Made by a program: the position numbers and the translations under genes. Positions 21,201-29,670 of a stretch of 64,000 nt of DNA are shown here, in pieces. Source of the stretch: Candidatus Bathyarchaeia archaeon (GTDB taxonomy: Archaea; Thermoproteota; Bathyarchaeia; 40CM-2-53-6). Position 1 is the stretch's first letter. Each line of letters begins with the position of its first letter. Location: contig JBEKVV010000001.1 of the NCBI GenBank assembly GCA_049513715.1, positions 800,001-864,000 of the forward strand. Direction: 5' to 3'. Under the pieces are notes generated by a model. The model saw only the letters and a program-made list of their open reading frames with translations, did no database searches and had not been told where the DNA came from.

Positions 21201-22523
21201 TTAACTCAGTAGCGCTGGTAGGGCGAGTACTCCTGACAAGAGTACGAGACCTAGCATTAGCCAGTAAGCCATCCTCCAAGCCCCTTTCATTGCATTCTTC
21301 CCCATGACGCTTTTGTTTGATGAAAGCATGCCCTGAAGCACCGCGGGAAATATGAGAACAAAGACGAAGATGACCATCAAGTTCAACATGAGCTTCACTA
21401 AGTCCGCGAAGAAAAATGGAATCAAAACCGCGGGCAACGTTTCCAGCAGATACACAACGTAGAAGTTCCTGGCCAACGAGAATCTTTCACCGATCCGTGT
21501 CCTCCAACCCAAGGCTTCAGCGATTCCCCAAGTGCTGGCGAGAGAGATGACTACGAGGGCTAGGAAGCTTGCGGAAGCTAACCCAACCCCGAATAGAAAG
21601 TAAGCATATCCACCGGCTAATGGTTTCAGCGCAGCGGCTAGTGATGTTGGTGAGAGAAAGTCGACGGCGCCTAGTGAAGATGATACGACGACTATTGCGA
21701 TCATGATGATTTCGCTGGCCACAGCACCCAGTAGAGTTTCCAACCTTTCATGCGAAATTTGGCTTCCGTTCAATCCTTTTTGGGCAACTGCACCGGCTTG
21801 ATAGAAGAGCATCCAAGGCATGATTACTGCGCCGACATTGGCGGCTACCATGTAGCTAAAGGAACGATCCAAGTAAGGATGAATTGGCGTCAAGGCCGTG
21901 CCTAGTAGGCCTTTGATGTCTGGTTTGACGAGGATGGCTGCGAGAATATACGAGGAGAGTAGAACTCCCGTTACAAGAAGCAGAACCCTCTCTGTGTTTC
22001 TATAGCTGCCCGTGAAGACTAGCGCGGAATGGAGTATGAATACGATTGGAAGGGAAACTATTGGGGGAATACCGAGCACACTCAAGCCTACCGCTATCCC
22101 AGTGTATTCAACCGCGTAGCTCAGAAAATCCGTTGCGAACATGGGGAGGGAGGCTACGATTGCCATTTTCTGCGAGTAGTGGTCTTTGATTATGGCAGCT
22201 AGGCCCTTGCCTGTAATTATGCCCAGTCGTCCAGATGCTTCTTGAATGAAGAAGAGGGGAACGATCAAAACTAGAAGTATGAAGGCCATGTGGTAACCGA
22301 ACCGGGCGCCACTTTCCGCCGCTGTAATCACGCTGGCTGCATCCACGTCGGCAATCATCACAATCCATGCTGGTCCCAGAACTGCGAGAAACGCCTTGAA
22401 TGCGGAAGGAAGCCCTAGCTTAGTCGACCTGGATCGCGACTGAAGCGAATGTGCTCCCTCGCACATCGAATTGCGAGTAATTGTAGAAAGCCTCTTGGCA
22501 TGTACAATAAGTTCCGTATTCAC
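21201..22523 (-). CDS. NRAMP-family divalent metal transporter
   Basis: LGPAWIVMIADVDAAS and GAVIMPWMLFYQ; start uncertain. Confidence 0.88.
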   Translation of the reverse strand: MNTELIVHAKRLSTITRNSMCEGAHSLQSRSRSTKLGLPSAFKAFLAVLGPAWIVMIADVDAASVITAAESGARFGYHMAFILLVLIVPLFFIQEASGRLGIITGKGLAAIIKDHYSQKMAIVASLPMFATDFLSYAVEYTGIAVGLSVLGIPPIVSLPIVFILHSALVFTGSYRNTERVLLLVTGVLLSSYILAAILVKPDIKGLLGTALTPIHPYLDRSFSYMVAANVGAVIMPWMLFYQAGAVAQKGLNGSQISHERLETLLGAVASEIIMIAIVVVSSSLGAVDFLSPTSLAAALKPLAGGYAYFLFGVGLASASFLALVVISLASTWGIAEALGWRTRIGERFSLARNFYVVYLLETLPAVLIPFFFADLVKLMLNLMVIFVFVLIFPAVLQGMLSSNKSVMGKNAMKGAWRMAYWLMLGLVLLSGVLALPALLS

Positions 22524-22629
22524 CGTGGCAAGAATCGAGACGACGCTTCAGGATCATTCGGAAGATGGAGACAACCGTTGTCCCCAGTCACGATTTCAAC
22601 AGCGCGAATCATGCGGCCCTCGTCACTCG

Positions 22630-22848
22630 CTAACCACCAGCGACGAGTGGTATGAAATCCACTTCGTTTCCGTCCTCCAACCCTGCACCGGTTTTCGCCG
22701 GAGCGCCGTCAACCAAGATCAACATAGAAGCCATCATTTGTGGTGAAATAGATGGATGTCTCAGTAGGACCGCATCTAGGAGATCAGGGAGGTAAGCTGG
22801 GTTTTGGAGAACGAAATACTCGCCACCCTTGCTGACATATTGGGCCAT
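22630..22848 (-). CDS. MoaD/ThiS/SAMP ubiquitin-like protein, N-terminus possibly eroded
   Basis: ILVDG...LEDGNEVDFIPLVAGG with C-terminal diglycine; in-frame stops just upstream. Confidence 0.7.
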   Translation of the reverse strand: MAQYVSKGGEYFVLQNPAYLPDLLDAVLLRHPSISPQMMASMLILVDGAPAKTGAGLEDGNEVDFIPLVAGG

Positions 22849-22934
22849 GTCACCTCATCCTCAGGTGATTTCACCCTTGACCAACCGGATAAACCCAACT
22901 CGTACCGCTTTGGCTAATTTACCGGACCGTCACT

Positions 22935-23318
22935 CTACAGTCTCTTAATGATTGGAAAGAGCTCTTCTTCCGATCGTTCGAAAGCATCAGATACCTCTGC
23001 CAGTTTCCTTGAGGTTAGGTGAAGCTCGATTCCTTCGATTCCGTTCTTAACTCGAATTACGCCGTCGCGGGGCTTCACGCATTCCACCTGCCCCTTGTCA
23101 AGGCCCAGCAGAGCCTTGAAAGCATCTGCTAGGCATTCCTTTGCTCCGACTCTTACTTGTAGAGCGCTCCTATCATTGGTGATGCGCAGTTCTCGTTCCA
23201 CGATGTCCACTGCTCTAATTCCTATTGCTAGCCCGACGCATTCATCGCCATGAAGTCGGGCCGCCTCCTTCAGCCTCTGCTCCCAGATCTCATTTTTTGA
23301 CAATTCCAAACACCGCAT
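22935..23318 (-). CDS. FmdE-family (formylmethanofuran dehydrogenase subunit E-like) protein
   Basis: LHGDECVGLAIGIRA...CLADA resembles FHGHxCPGLxxG...CxxDA. Confidence 0.7.
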   Translation of the reverse strand: MRCLELSKNEIWEQRLKEAARLHGDECVGLAIGIRAVDIVERELRITNDRSALQVRVGAKECLADAFKALLGLDKGQVECVKPRDGVIRVKNGIEGIELHLTSRKLAEVSDAFERSEEELFPIIKRL

Positions 23319-23969
23319 CGCATTGAAGTTAGAATGACGGCGAACAAGAAGGCGTTGGCTGGAAACTTGAAAACGTCAAGATCTTCCTGATCAACGCAAT
23401 CTCCATTTTGCGGAGCGCTGCGGCCAAATTCAATCCGCATATCCCTCAGATCTCGTATCGGTGGCAGCTGTGGCAGTACCATCTTTGGAACTGTTCCACG
23501 TAAGTGAGGTCCCCACGGCAAACAGAGCACTGGGGAATCTCCGATTTCTTCGTCGCTTTTCAACTCGCATTTCGATAGTGGGCCCACTGACAAAACTCTT
23601 ACGTTGAGCCACGTTCGGCACAACGTTCCTAGGTCTGAACCACTAGGTGGAATAGTGGAGCTTGTTCCACCCTGCTTTAAGTATAAAGTACCCCTAGCTA
23701 CCTGTTGAAAGCGAAAGGGTGGTGAATTGAAGATGGCGAAGAAACGCAAGGTTAAGATGCGAGTTAACGCAGACGCTCCAAGATCCGAGAAGGGCAGCAG
23801 CGAATACGTAGCATAAGCCCAACGAGGCTAATGCTGCTTGGACGAGGTTCCTTCGGGAACCTTCCCGATTTACCCTTTTTCCGGTAAACCCACGAATTTC
23901 CAGCGTGCAGGTCTGATGTTGCGAGCAACTAATCCGTAATTGAGCAAGCATGTTGTATAGATGTCTGAG

Positions 23970-24952
23970 TTAGCCCGCGTGGACAGCCGTGAGCACGCTG
24001 ATCGCATCGCATGTAACGAATTCATTCATTCTTCGCTGGCTTACTCCTCCCCAACCTACGAGAGAACGTCCACTAGTCAGTCTCTTTGTCCCTCGATAAT
24101 ATGCCTCCTCAGCCGAGAAGCCTCCATCGTCGAGTCCTTTCGATTGGAGTAGCGCGACTGCGTCCAAGCACCTTGTGTCTTGTATGAACCCAACCTCCAT
24201 CATGACTTTCAGACCGAATAGGAAATCGTAGTGCCAGTAGCACGGGTAGTGTAACTTAGTGAACTTCCCAGAAATTATCCTTCCGTCGCGTTTTCGTTTG
24301 AATAGCCTCCTATCGAGGAAGAATTCCGCGGCCCTCTGGACGGCAATCGTGTACGAGCTTGCGCCCGAACTTGCGTGGTGCGCCAAGCCACGGAGTGGCA
24401 GAAGACTCTCTGTGAAGGAAGACGTGTGAGCCTTGGGTTTCTTGTCGCAATTCCAGCCTCCGTCTGGCCATTGCCACTCGACCAGCCTATCAGCCAAGGC
24501 GTGTGTTCTTTCGTCAGCGAGACCTAGCGCATGTAAGTAATAGATTGCGTTTCCCTCCATTGACGCGTGAGCCCTGACTAAGCCGCGTGTCTTCATGATT
24601 GGCCCGGCGTAGGTGTCATGGTGCCTAGTGTACTCCAAATGCTGCCTAGAAAACAGCCATTCGTATACCTGCTCTCTCAAGGGAACGAGTGTTTTGTCTT
24701 CAGGAGGGTAGCGCAGGTCGGCCAGCGCTGAGAGAACCCAATGGGCACCGTACCACTTGGCATACGGGTGGTAGGGAATTCTGCCGTTCTTGCTCTCTGA
24801 CAGGAGCAGTCTAACACGTTTGGATCGCCTCACCTCTTTCTGTAGCCTCGCAACTTCCCTCGAACTAGGAGACTCTCCGAGTATGTCAACATGAGTTCTC
24901 AGGCGTATCGAAGGTTCGTCGGATGCCAACAGCATCTGAATCACACCCTCCA
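23970..24952 (-). CDS. Prenyltransferase / squalene-cyclase-like alpha-alpha toroid protein
   Basis: QWPDGGWNC, SSFTES and LHYPCYWHYD motifs; start taken at MEGVIQ. Confidence 0.75.
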
Positions 24953-25037
24953 TATTGGCGGTGTGTGACCCAGGCAATTTAGGTGAGAGCAGCTCCAGCA
25001 CCAGATGGAAACGAGCGCGACGGTGAACAAAACGAAA

Positions 25038-25388
25038 TCAAGATGAGTTACCCGCTTCCAAATGAAAGTGGTGCAGGAAGCGGTGGACGACTGGGGCGAA
25101 AAGTACCCCTGCAACAACGACAAAGACCACGCCGCTGTACAGAGCATAGAATGAGGCGAACAATTTTCCGGCGGTTGTATGCAATTCATTGACCGGCCCC
25201 ATGCCCCCGAGGATCATCGCCGCGTTGAGAAGTGAATCAACCCATGGGATACCTTCGAAGAAATGATACCCGAGCATGCCGATGACCAAAGAACCTAGGT
25301 CGATTCCAAGCGCGATTACTGCGTACCGCGCCAGTCGTCGCAGAAACGCAGACGCAGGAAGTAAGGGTTCGCTACGATGCTCAAACAT
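25038..25388 (-). CDS. Two-TM potassium-channel-like small membrane protein
   Basis: GYHFFEG-WVDSLLNAAMILGGMGP...GKLFASFYALYSG; lacks the canonical TxGYG filter. Confidence 0.75.
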   Translation of the reverse strand: MFEHRSEPLLPASAFLRRLARYAVIALGIDLGSLVIGMLGYHFFEGIPWVDSLLNAAMILGGMGPVNELHTTAGKLFASFYALYSGVVFVVVAGVLFAPVVHRFLHHFHLEAGNSS

Positions 25389-25565
25389 AGGCGTTCCTCC
25401 GATTAACGAGACCTACCCTTGCCGCCGGCCCCACCTTATCAAGATTCTCACAACCGATTTGCATTATTCCCGCCTGGCCTCCCAATATCGGGAAGAATCT
25501 TATGTCAATCTTCTCACATGTTTCGGAGGTAGTCTTATCTCTGCGCCACTCGAGAGCAACTGTGA

Positions 25566-25829
25566 ATGCCAATGTTGCTCATCATTGACGCGTTGTCCAG
25601 AGGGGACAGTTTCCCGGTTGATTCCTTGAAAGAAGTTGATGCGGCTTTGGCTACGCTGGAGTTCAAGAAAGAGATCCACTCGGTCGTAAAACCCGGGAAG
25701 CAATATTCCCTAACTTACGATGGCCCCAGCACTGAAAAGAGCAGAATCGAAGACGCCCTACGACCAGTTGCGGAGAAAAACAATATCGGCCTGTCTTTCG
25801 AGGTTGAGGAATCGGTTAAGTTCCCCTGA
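25566..25829 (+). CDS. Hypothetical protein
   Basis: 87-aa ORF with normal composition. Confidence 0.65.
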   Translation: MPMLLIIDALSRGDSFPVDSLKEVDAALATLEFKKEIHSVVKPGKQYSLTYDGPSTEKSRIEDALRPVAEKNNIGLSFEVEESVKFP

Positions 25830-26074
25830 TCAGACGGATGTCTCAGCGATCTTGTCTTCGTTCGACCAGAGTCGTAGAACGAACAGAGCTTTCGTTGCAC
25901 ATTTTCTGGATAGCGATAACGGAAACTGTGGCTTAAAATCATCGTAGAGTTTCATTTTCGTATCTTTGTGCGATTAGTTTCACTTAGCTCACCGACCACC
26001 GGGCACCTCAGCCGCGTTATATCGTGAATTTCGGTCTGCTATTCCATATTGCAGCTTGCATGGTGAAGTAGCAG

Positions 26075-26251
26075 ATGCTTGAAGGTTTCGCAAAAATCGT
26101 CCTCCCCACCAGAAGCGACCGAAGCAAAACAGGAATCCTGTACATTCCTGCGGACGTGGTCAAAGACTCATCCTTCCCGTTCGAACCAGATCAAGAGGTC
26201 GTCATCCGCATTGACGGAAAACGCCTCGTAATCGAGGAGTCGAGAGCATAA
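26075..26251 (+). CDS. AbrB/MazE/SpoVT-like small DNA-binding protein (58 aa)
   Basis: Manual read MLEGFAKIVLPTRSDRSKTGILYIPADVVKDSSFPFEPDQEVVIRIDGKRLVIEESRA; GGTGA RBS; TAATG overlap with the actin start. Confidence 0.8.
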   Translation: MLEGFAKIVLPTRSDRSKTGILYIPADVVKDSSFPFEPDQEVVIRIDGKRLVIEESRA

Positions 26252-27519
26252 TGGCCCTTGACAATTACAGAAGCCACTACACATTCGCAATGGATTTCGG
26301 AACGAGCGACTTCAAGTTCGGCCCGATCACTTGCGGCGAGAACCCTAGAATCGTAAACAACCGGGGCTACTTCCCCGACAAGAAGTCCGTCATGTACCGC
26401 GCCTTCGAAACCACCTCAGACATCATTGTCGGCGAAGAGGTACCGCTCTATCTCCAATCCATCGATGACCTTTCCTCCCGCCTCGTCTACCCAATGAGGA
26501 ACGGCGTAATCGACAAAGGAGACGACAACGCTTGGCGCGTAGTCAGCGCTCTCTCCCGCTACGGATTGGACGCCTTCAAAGAGAGACCGAACGATGGCTT
26601 TCAGGGATTCTACGTGGTAGCATCCCTCTCCTCAGTTTCACCCAGATACATGTACGAGCACCTGATGGACATTTTCAAAAACCTCAATGATGGCACCATC
26701 AAAGCCGTAACGATAATTCCACAACCCTTCGCTGTAGCAATAGGTCACGGAGTCACCACGTGTGTCGTAATCGAATCCGGCCATGGAAACAGCCAGATCT
26801 GCCCGATATCCAAGTACCCCATCCGAAGCGCGCAAGTGGCACTCAACCGCGGGGGCGGCGACGCGAACGCGATAACATCTGAGATCCTCAAAGACGCAGG
26901 ATACGGAGACTTGACCGGTGAGGAGACGCTAATTCGAAAGGTCAAAGAGAACATCGGACTTGTCCCCGCCGACCTTGACTCCGCCATTGCCGAAGCAAAG
27001 AAGCTACCCCGAAGGTTCCGGGCGAAATACAAAGTCCCAGGAACACGCGTAGAAATTGATCTGGAAAAGGACTCATGGGCTAGGTTTCTGATTGGGGAAT
27101 ACGTCTTCAACCCCAATCATGAAATTTTCGAAAGTTACTTCGGGCGCGGAATGCCTCGGCCAAAAGACGTGAAGATGGGTGAAACAACCTTCCGCGGCAT
27201 GCTTGATTTCGGCGATGCAATTGTGGCCTCCGTTGAAAGATGCCCAGTCGAGCTCCAACCCATGCTCTACCGTGAAATCCTCCTATCCGGAGGTAACTTC
27301 AGCTGGAAAGTGCCAGAGCGAATGGAAGAAATTGCGGTTGATGCTCCCACAAAAGTGAAGCTTCTCCTTCGCGATAAAGGAATCAAGAATGTTTCAGTGA
27401 AGATGACGCAAGCACCGCAGTTTTCCGTGTGGCATGGTTGCATAATCTACGGGTTCGCAGTACCAGAAAACTACGAATGGGATTGGCAGAGATTGGAGGG
27501 GTGGATGAAGCTTAGCTAA
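26251..27519 (+). CDS. Crenactin-type archaeal actin
   Basis: Phosphate-1 DFGTS, YPMRNG, IPQPFAVAI, phosphate-2 ESGHGN, LNRGG, ILLSGG and SVWHG; C-terminal EW...EGW as in crenactin. Confidence 0.93.
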   Translation: MALDNYRSHYTFAMDFGTSDFKFGPITCGENPRIVNNRGYFPDKKSVMYRAFETTSDIIVGEEVPLYLQSIDDLSSRLVYPMRNGVIDKGDDNAWRVVSALSRYGLDAFKERPNDGFQGFYVVASLSSVSPRYMYEHLMDIFKNLNDGTIKAVTIIPQPFAVAIGHGVTTCVVIESGHGNSQICPISKYPIRSAQVALNRGGGDANAITSEILKDAGYGDLTGEETLIRKVKENIGLVPADLDSAIAEAKKLPRRFRAKYKVPGTRVEIDLEKDSWARFLIGEYVFNPNHEIFESYFGRGMPRPKDVKMGETTFRGMLDFGDAIVASVERCPVELQPMLYREILLSGGNFSWKVPERMEEIAVDAPTKVKLLLRDKGIKNVSVKMTQAPQFSVWHGCIIYGFAVPENYEWDWQRLEGWMKLS

Positions 27520-27559
27520 TCTTCCGATCGAGCAAAGACTCCTGCACTACTTCCTCGCT

Positions 27560-28171
27560 ATGGGTGCACAACAAGACACGACTCAACCCGCAGAACAAGG
27601 AATCCTCTCACTTGTCGCCGGCAACGAGAAACTACGCGTTGCCATATTGAAGAATGATGCCTTCATTCAACGAAACAGAATCCTCGAATCCATATTAGCT
27701 CTAACTGCACAAAGGGGCGCGTTCAGCCAAGTCTACTTGGCTGTGCCTAGGCTCCTCGGCACCGCAATAGACGCTGCCCTATTCCGCTCACATGGCATCG
27801 GATTAGTGCTGTTTGACGAACGTAGAATCGAGGAGGTTGTTGCCCCTCAACCGATTCAAGCGCCACCACCCCAAGAACCGTCGTCCCGTGGTCCCGACCC
27901 AGCAGTCGTGACAGAGCTGGCGACGCTGAAATCAATGTACGCCGAGATGGAAAGAAGCATCACAAGGCTTCGAGATGAATTGAAAGGATTCCAAGAAATG
28001 CCTAGGGCCGCTTCCCCCACTATAGAACCAATCACCCGACCACCGTCGCTCCAACCCAACCCAATCTTCGCTGGCCAAGGTGGTCAGCTGCCATCTTTCT
28101 TCAGCAATAATCCGTGGTTAGATGTCCTCTCGAAACGTGGAAGAGTTGAGGAAGAGCAATTTGCCGCCTGA
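27560..28171 (+). CDS. Arcadin-2-like putative actin regulator
   Basis: Directly downstream of actin; globular N-terminus, coiled coil, Pro-rich linkers; C-terminal NNPWLDVLSKRG resembles the arcadin-2 actin-binding helix. Confidence 0.75.
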   Translation: MGAQQDTTQPAEQGILSLVAGNEKLRVAILKNDAFIQRNRILESILALTAQRGAFSQVYLAVPRLLGTAIDAALFRSHGIGLVLFDERRIEEVVAPQPIQAPPPQEPSSRGPDPAVVTELATLKSMYAEMERSITRLRDELKGFQEMPRAASPTIEPITRPPSLQPNPIFAGQGGQLPSFFSNNPWLDVLSKRGRVEEEQFAA

Positions 28172-28436
28172 GACCGTCATCAAAGTACCAATACGAAGAA
28201 TCCCGGTCGTCATAGATACCAAAGACCCTCTGGCACCTGAGCTTGGGCTCGACGATTTCCGCAAACTGTTCGGCCAAGATCCTCAACCTGACAGGTACAG
28301 AGTGATTAGTATCGAGGTGATTACGTCCCCGGACGACCAGCAACCCATGCTCGTTTCGGAATGCGGCAGATATTCGAGGTTTTTGCGCAGGGAAGCCGAC
28401 AATATTTACTTTAGAAGGGAACTCGATGCTCTATAG
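28161..28436 (+). CDS. Small arcade-cluster protein (arcadin-3 position) with a degenerate Zn-finger
   Basis: TTG start overlaps the previous gene; C-terminus aligns to the Cys4 motif of 58296..58595. Confidence 0.65.
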   Translation: MPPETVIKVPIRRIPVVIDTKDPLAPELGLDDFRKLFGQDPQPDRYRVISIEVITSPDDQQPMLVSECGRYSRFLRREADNIYFRRELDAL

Positions 28437-28606
28437 GCCCGAAAACGCCTTGAAGGTCCCCTAGTGATTTCAGAAATCCCAAAAATGAACAAATTCAGAC
28501 GTGTTCAGGCCTACAGCATGTATCACATGTATCTACAACTTGAATATCGGTGGAGCGCGTCCTGTTGGGCGGTTTGCCTCGAAAATGCTAAGATCCAGCG
28601 CAAGGC

Positions 28607-28613
28607 TTAAATA
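28607..28613 (+). promoter_or_regulatory. Candidate TATA box upstream of tfb
   Basis: TTAAATA in the intergenic region before tfb. Confidence 0.4.
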
Positions 28614-28737
28614 CGATTATGCCAGGATTATTATAGCTTTCGGGCCGGATGACGTGTTCTGAAGCAGAACGACGTCCGTGGTTGTTCTACTGAGGAGAGA
28701 TGGCTCGAGCGTTAAGCATGGAAAAGGTTGAACAAAA

Positions 28738-29670
28738 ATGAGTACGAGCACAACAACAAGGAAAGTTGGAAAAGTAACCAATTGCCCCGAATGTGGCAGT
28801 GCGAACCTCGTAGAGGATTATGATCTCGGAGAAATCATCTGCCATGACTGCGGCTTGGTCCTTAGCGAGCATGCCCTGAACCAGGGACCTGAATGGCGGG
28901 CCTTTACCAAAGAAGAGAAAGATGAGCGTGGACGCGTAGGTATTCCGACGTCATTCTCGATTCATGATAAGGGACTTTCAACCGTAATAGACCGAGTAAA
29001 CAGAGACGCCTATGGCCGACAACTTCCGCTGGCCACGAGGCTTGAAATGCTGAGGTTGAGGAAATGGCAGATCCGAACCAGGGTGCATTCCTCAGCTGAC
29101 AGAAACTTGGCTCAAGCGATGGCTGAGCTTGACCGCCTGACAGACATGCTCCACATCCCAGCCTCAATAAAGGAACGCGCCGCAATTGTTTACCGCAAAG
29201 CCTTGGATAACGGCCTAGTTAGAGGTCGCTCAATCGCAGCAATTGCAGCCGCATCACTGTACGCCGCATGCAGAATGTCCGAAACCCCAAGAACGCTCAA
29301 AGATGTTTCCGCGGCAAGCAGAATCCGCAAGAAAGACGTCGCCAGATGCTACAGACTACTAGTCAGAGAGCTAGACTTACGAATGCCAGTTGAAGACCCA
29401 GTCAAATGCATCTCTAAGATCGCAACGAAAGTGGAGATATCAATGCCAACGCAACAGCGCGCAATCAAAATCATCAACGAGGCCAAGAGGATGGGCATTG
29501 TTGCCGGCAAGGACCCAATGGGATTAGCTGCTGCATCGCTCTACGTGGCTTGTGTGCTAGAAGGGGAAAAGAAAACCCAGAAAGAGATAGCTGAAGTAGC
29601 CAACGTCACCGAAGTTACCGTTAGAAACAGGTACAAGGGTCTCAAAGAAGCCCTGAAACTTGACATCTAA
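28738..29670 (+). CDS. tfb: Transcription initiation factor IIB
   Basis: CPECG zinc ribbon, GPEWRAF, two cyclin repeats, VTEVTVRNRYK. Confidence 0.97.
   Translation: MSTSTTTRKVGKVTNCPECGSANLVEDYDLGEIICHDCGLVLSEHALNQGPEWRAFTKEEKDERGRVGIPTSFSIHDKGLSTVIDRVNRDAYGRQLPLATRLEMLRLRKWQIRTRVHSSADRNLAQAMAELDRLTDMLHIPASIKERAAIVYRKALDNGLVRGRSIAAIAAASLYAACRMSETPRTLKDVSAASRIRKKDVARCYRLLVRELDLRMPVEDPVKCISKIATKVEISMPTQQRAIKIINEAKRMGIVAGKDPMGLAAASLYVACVLEGEKKTQKEIAEVANVTEVTVRNRYKGLKEALKLDI

Noticed and set aside
23270..23749. 159-aa minus-strand ORF
   Set aside because: No motif, atypical composition, and it spans a likely promoter region
26251..27519. MreB, ParM or Hsp70
   Set aside because: The length and motifs (YPMRNG, PQPFAVAI, SVWHG, C-terminal EGW) follow crenactin
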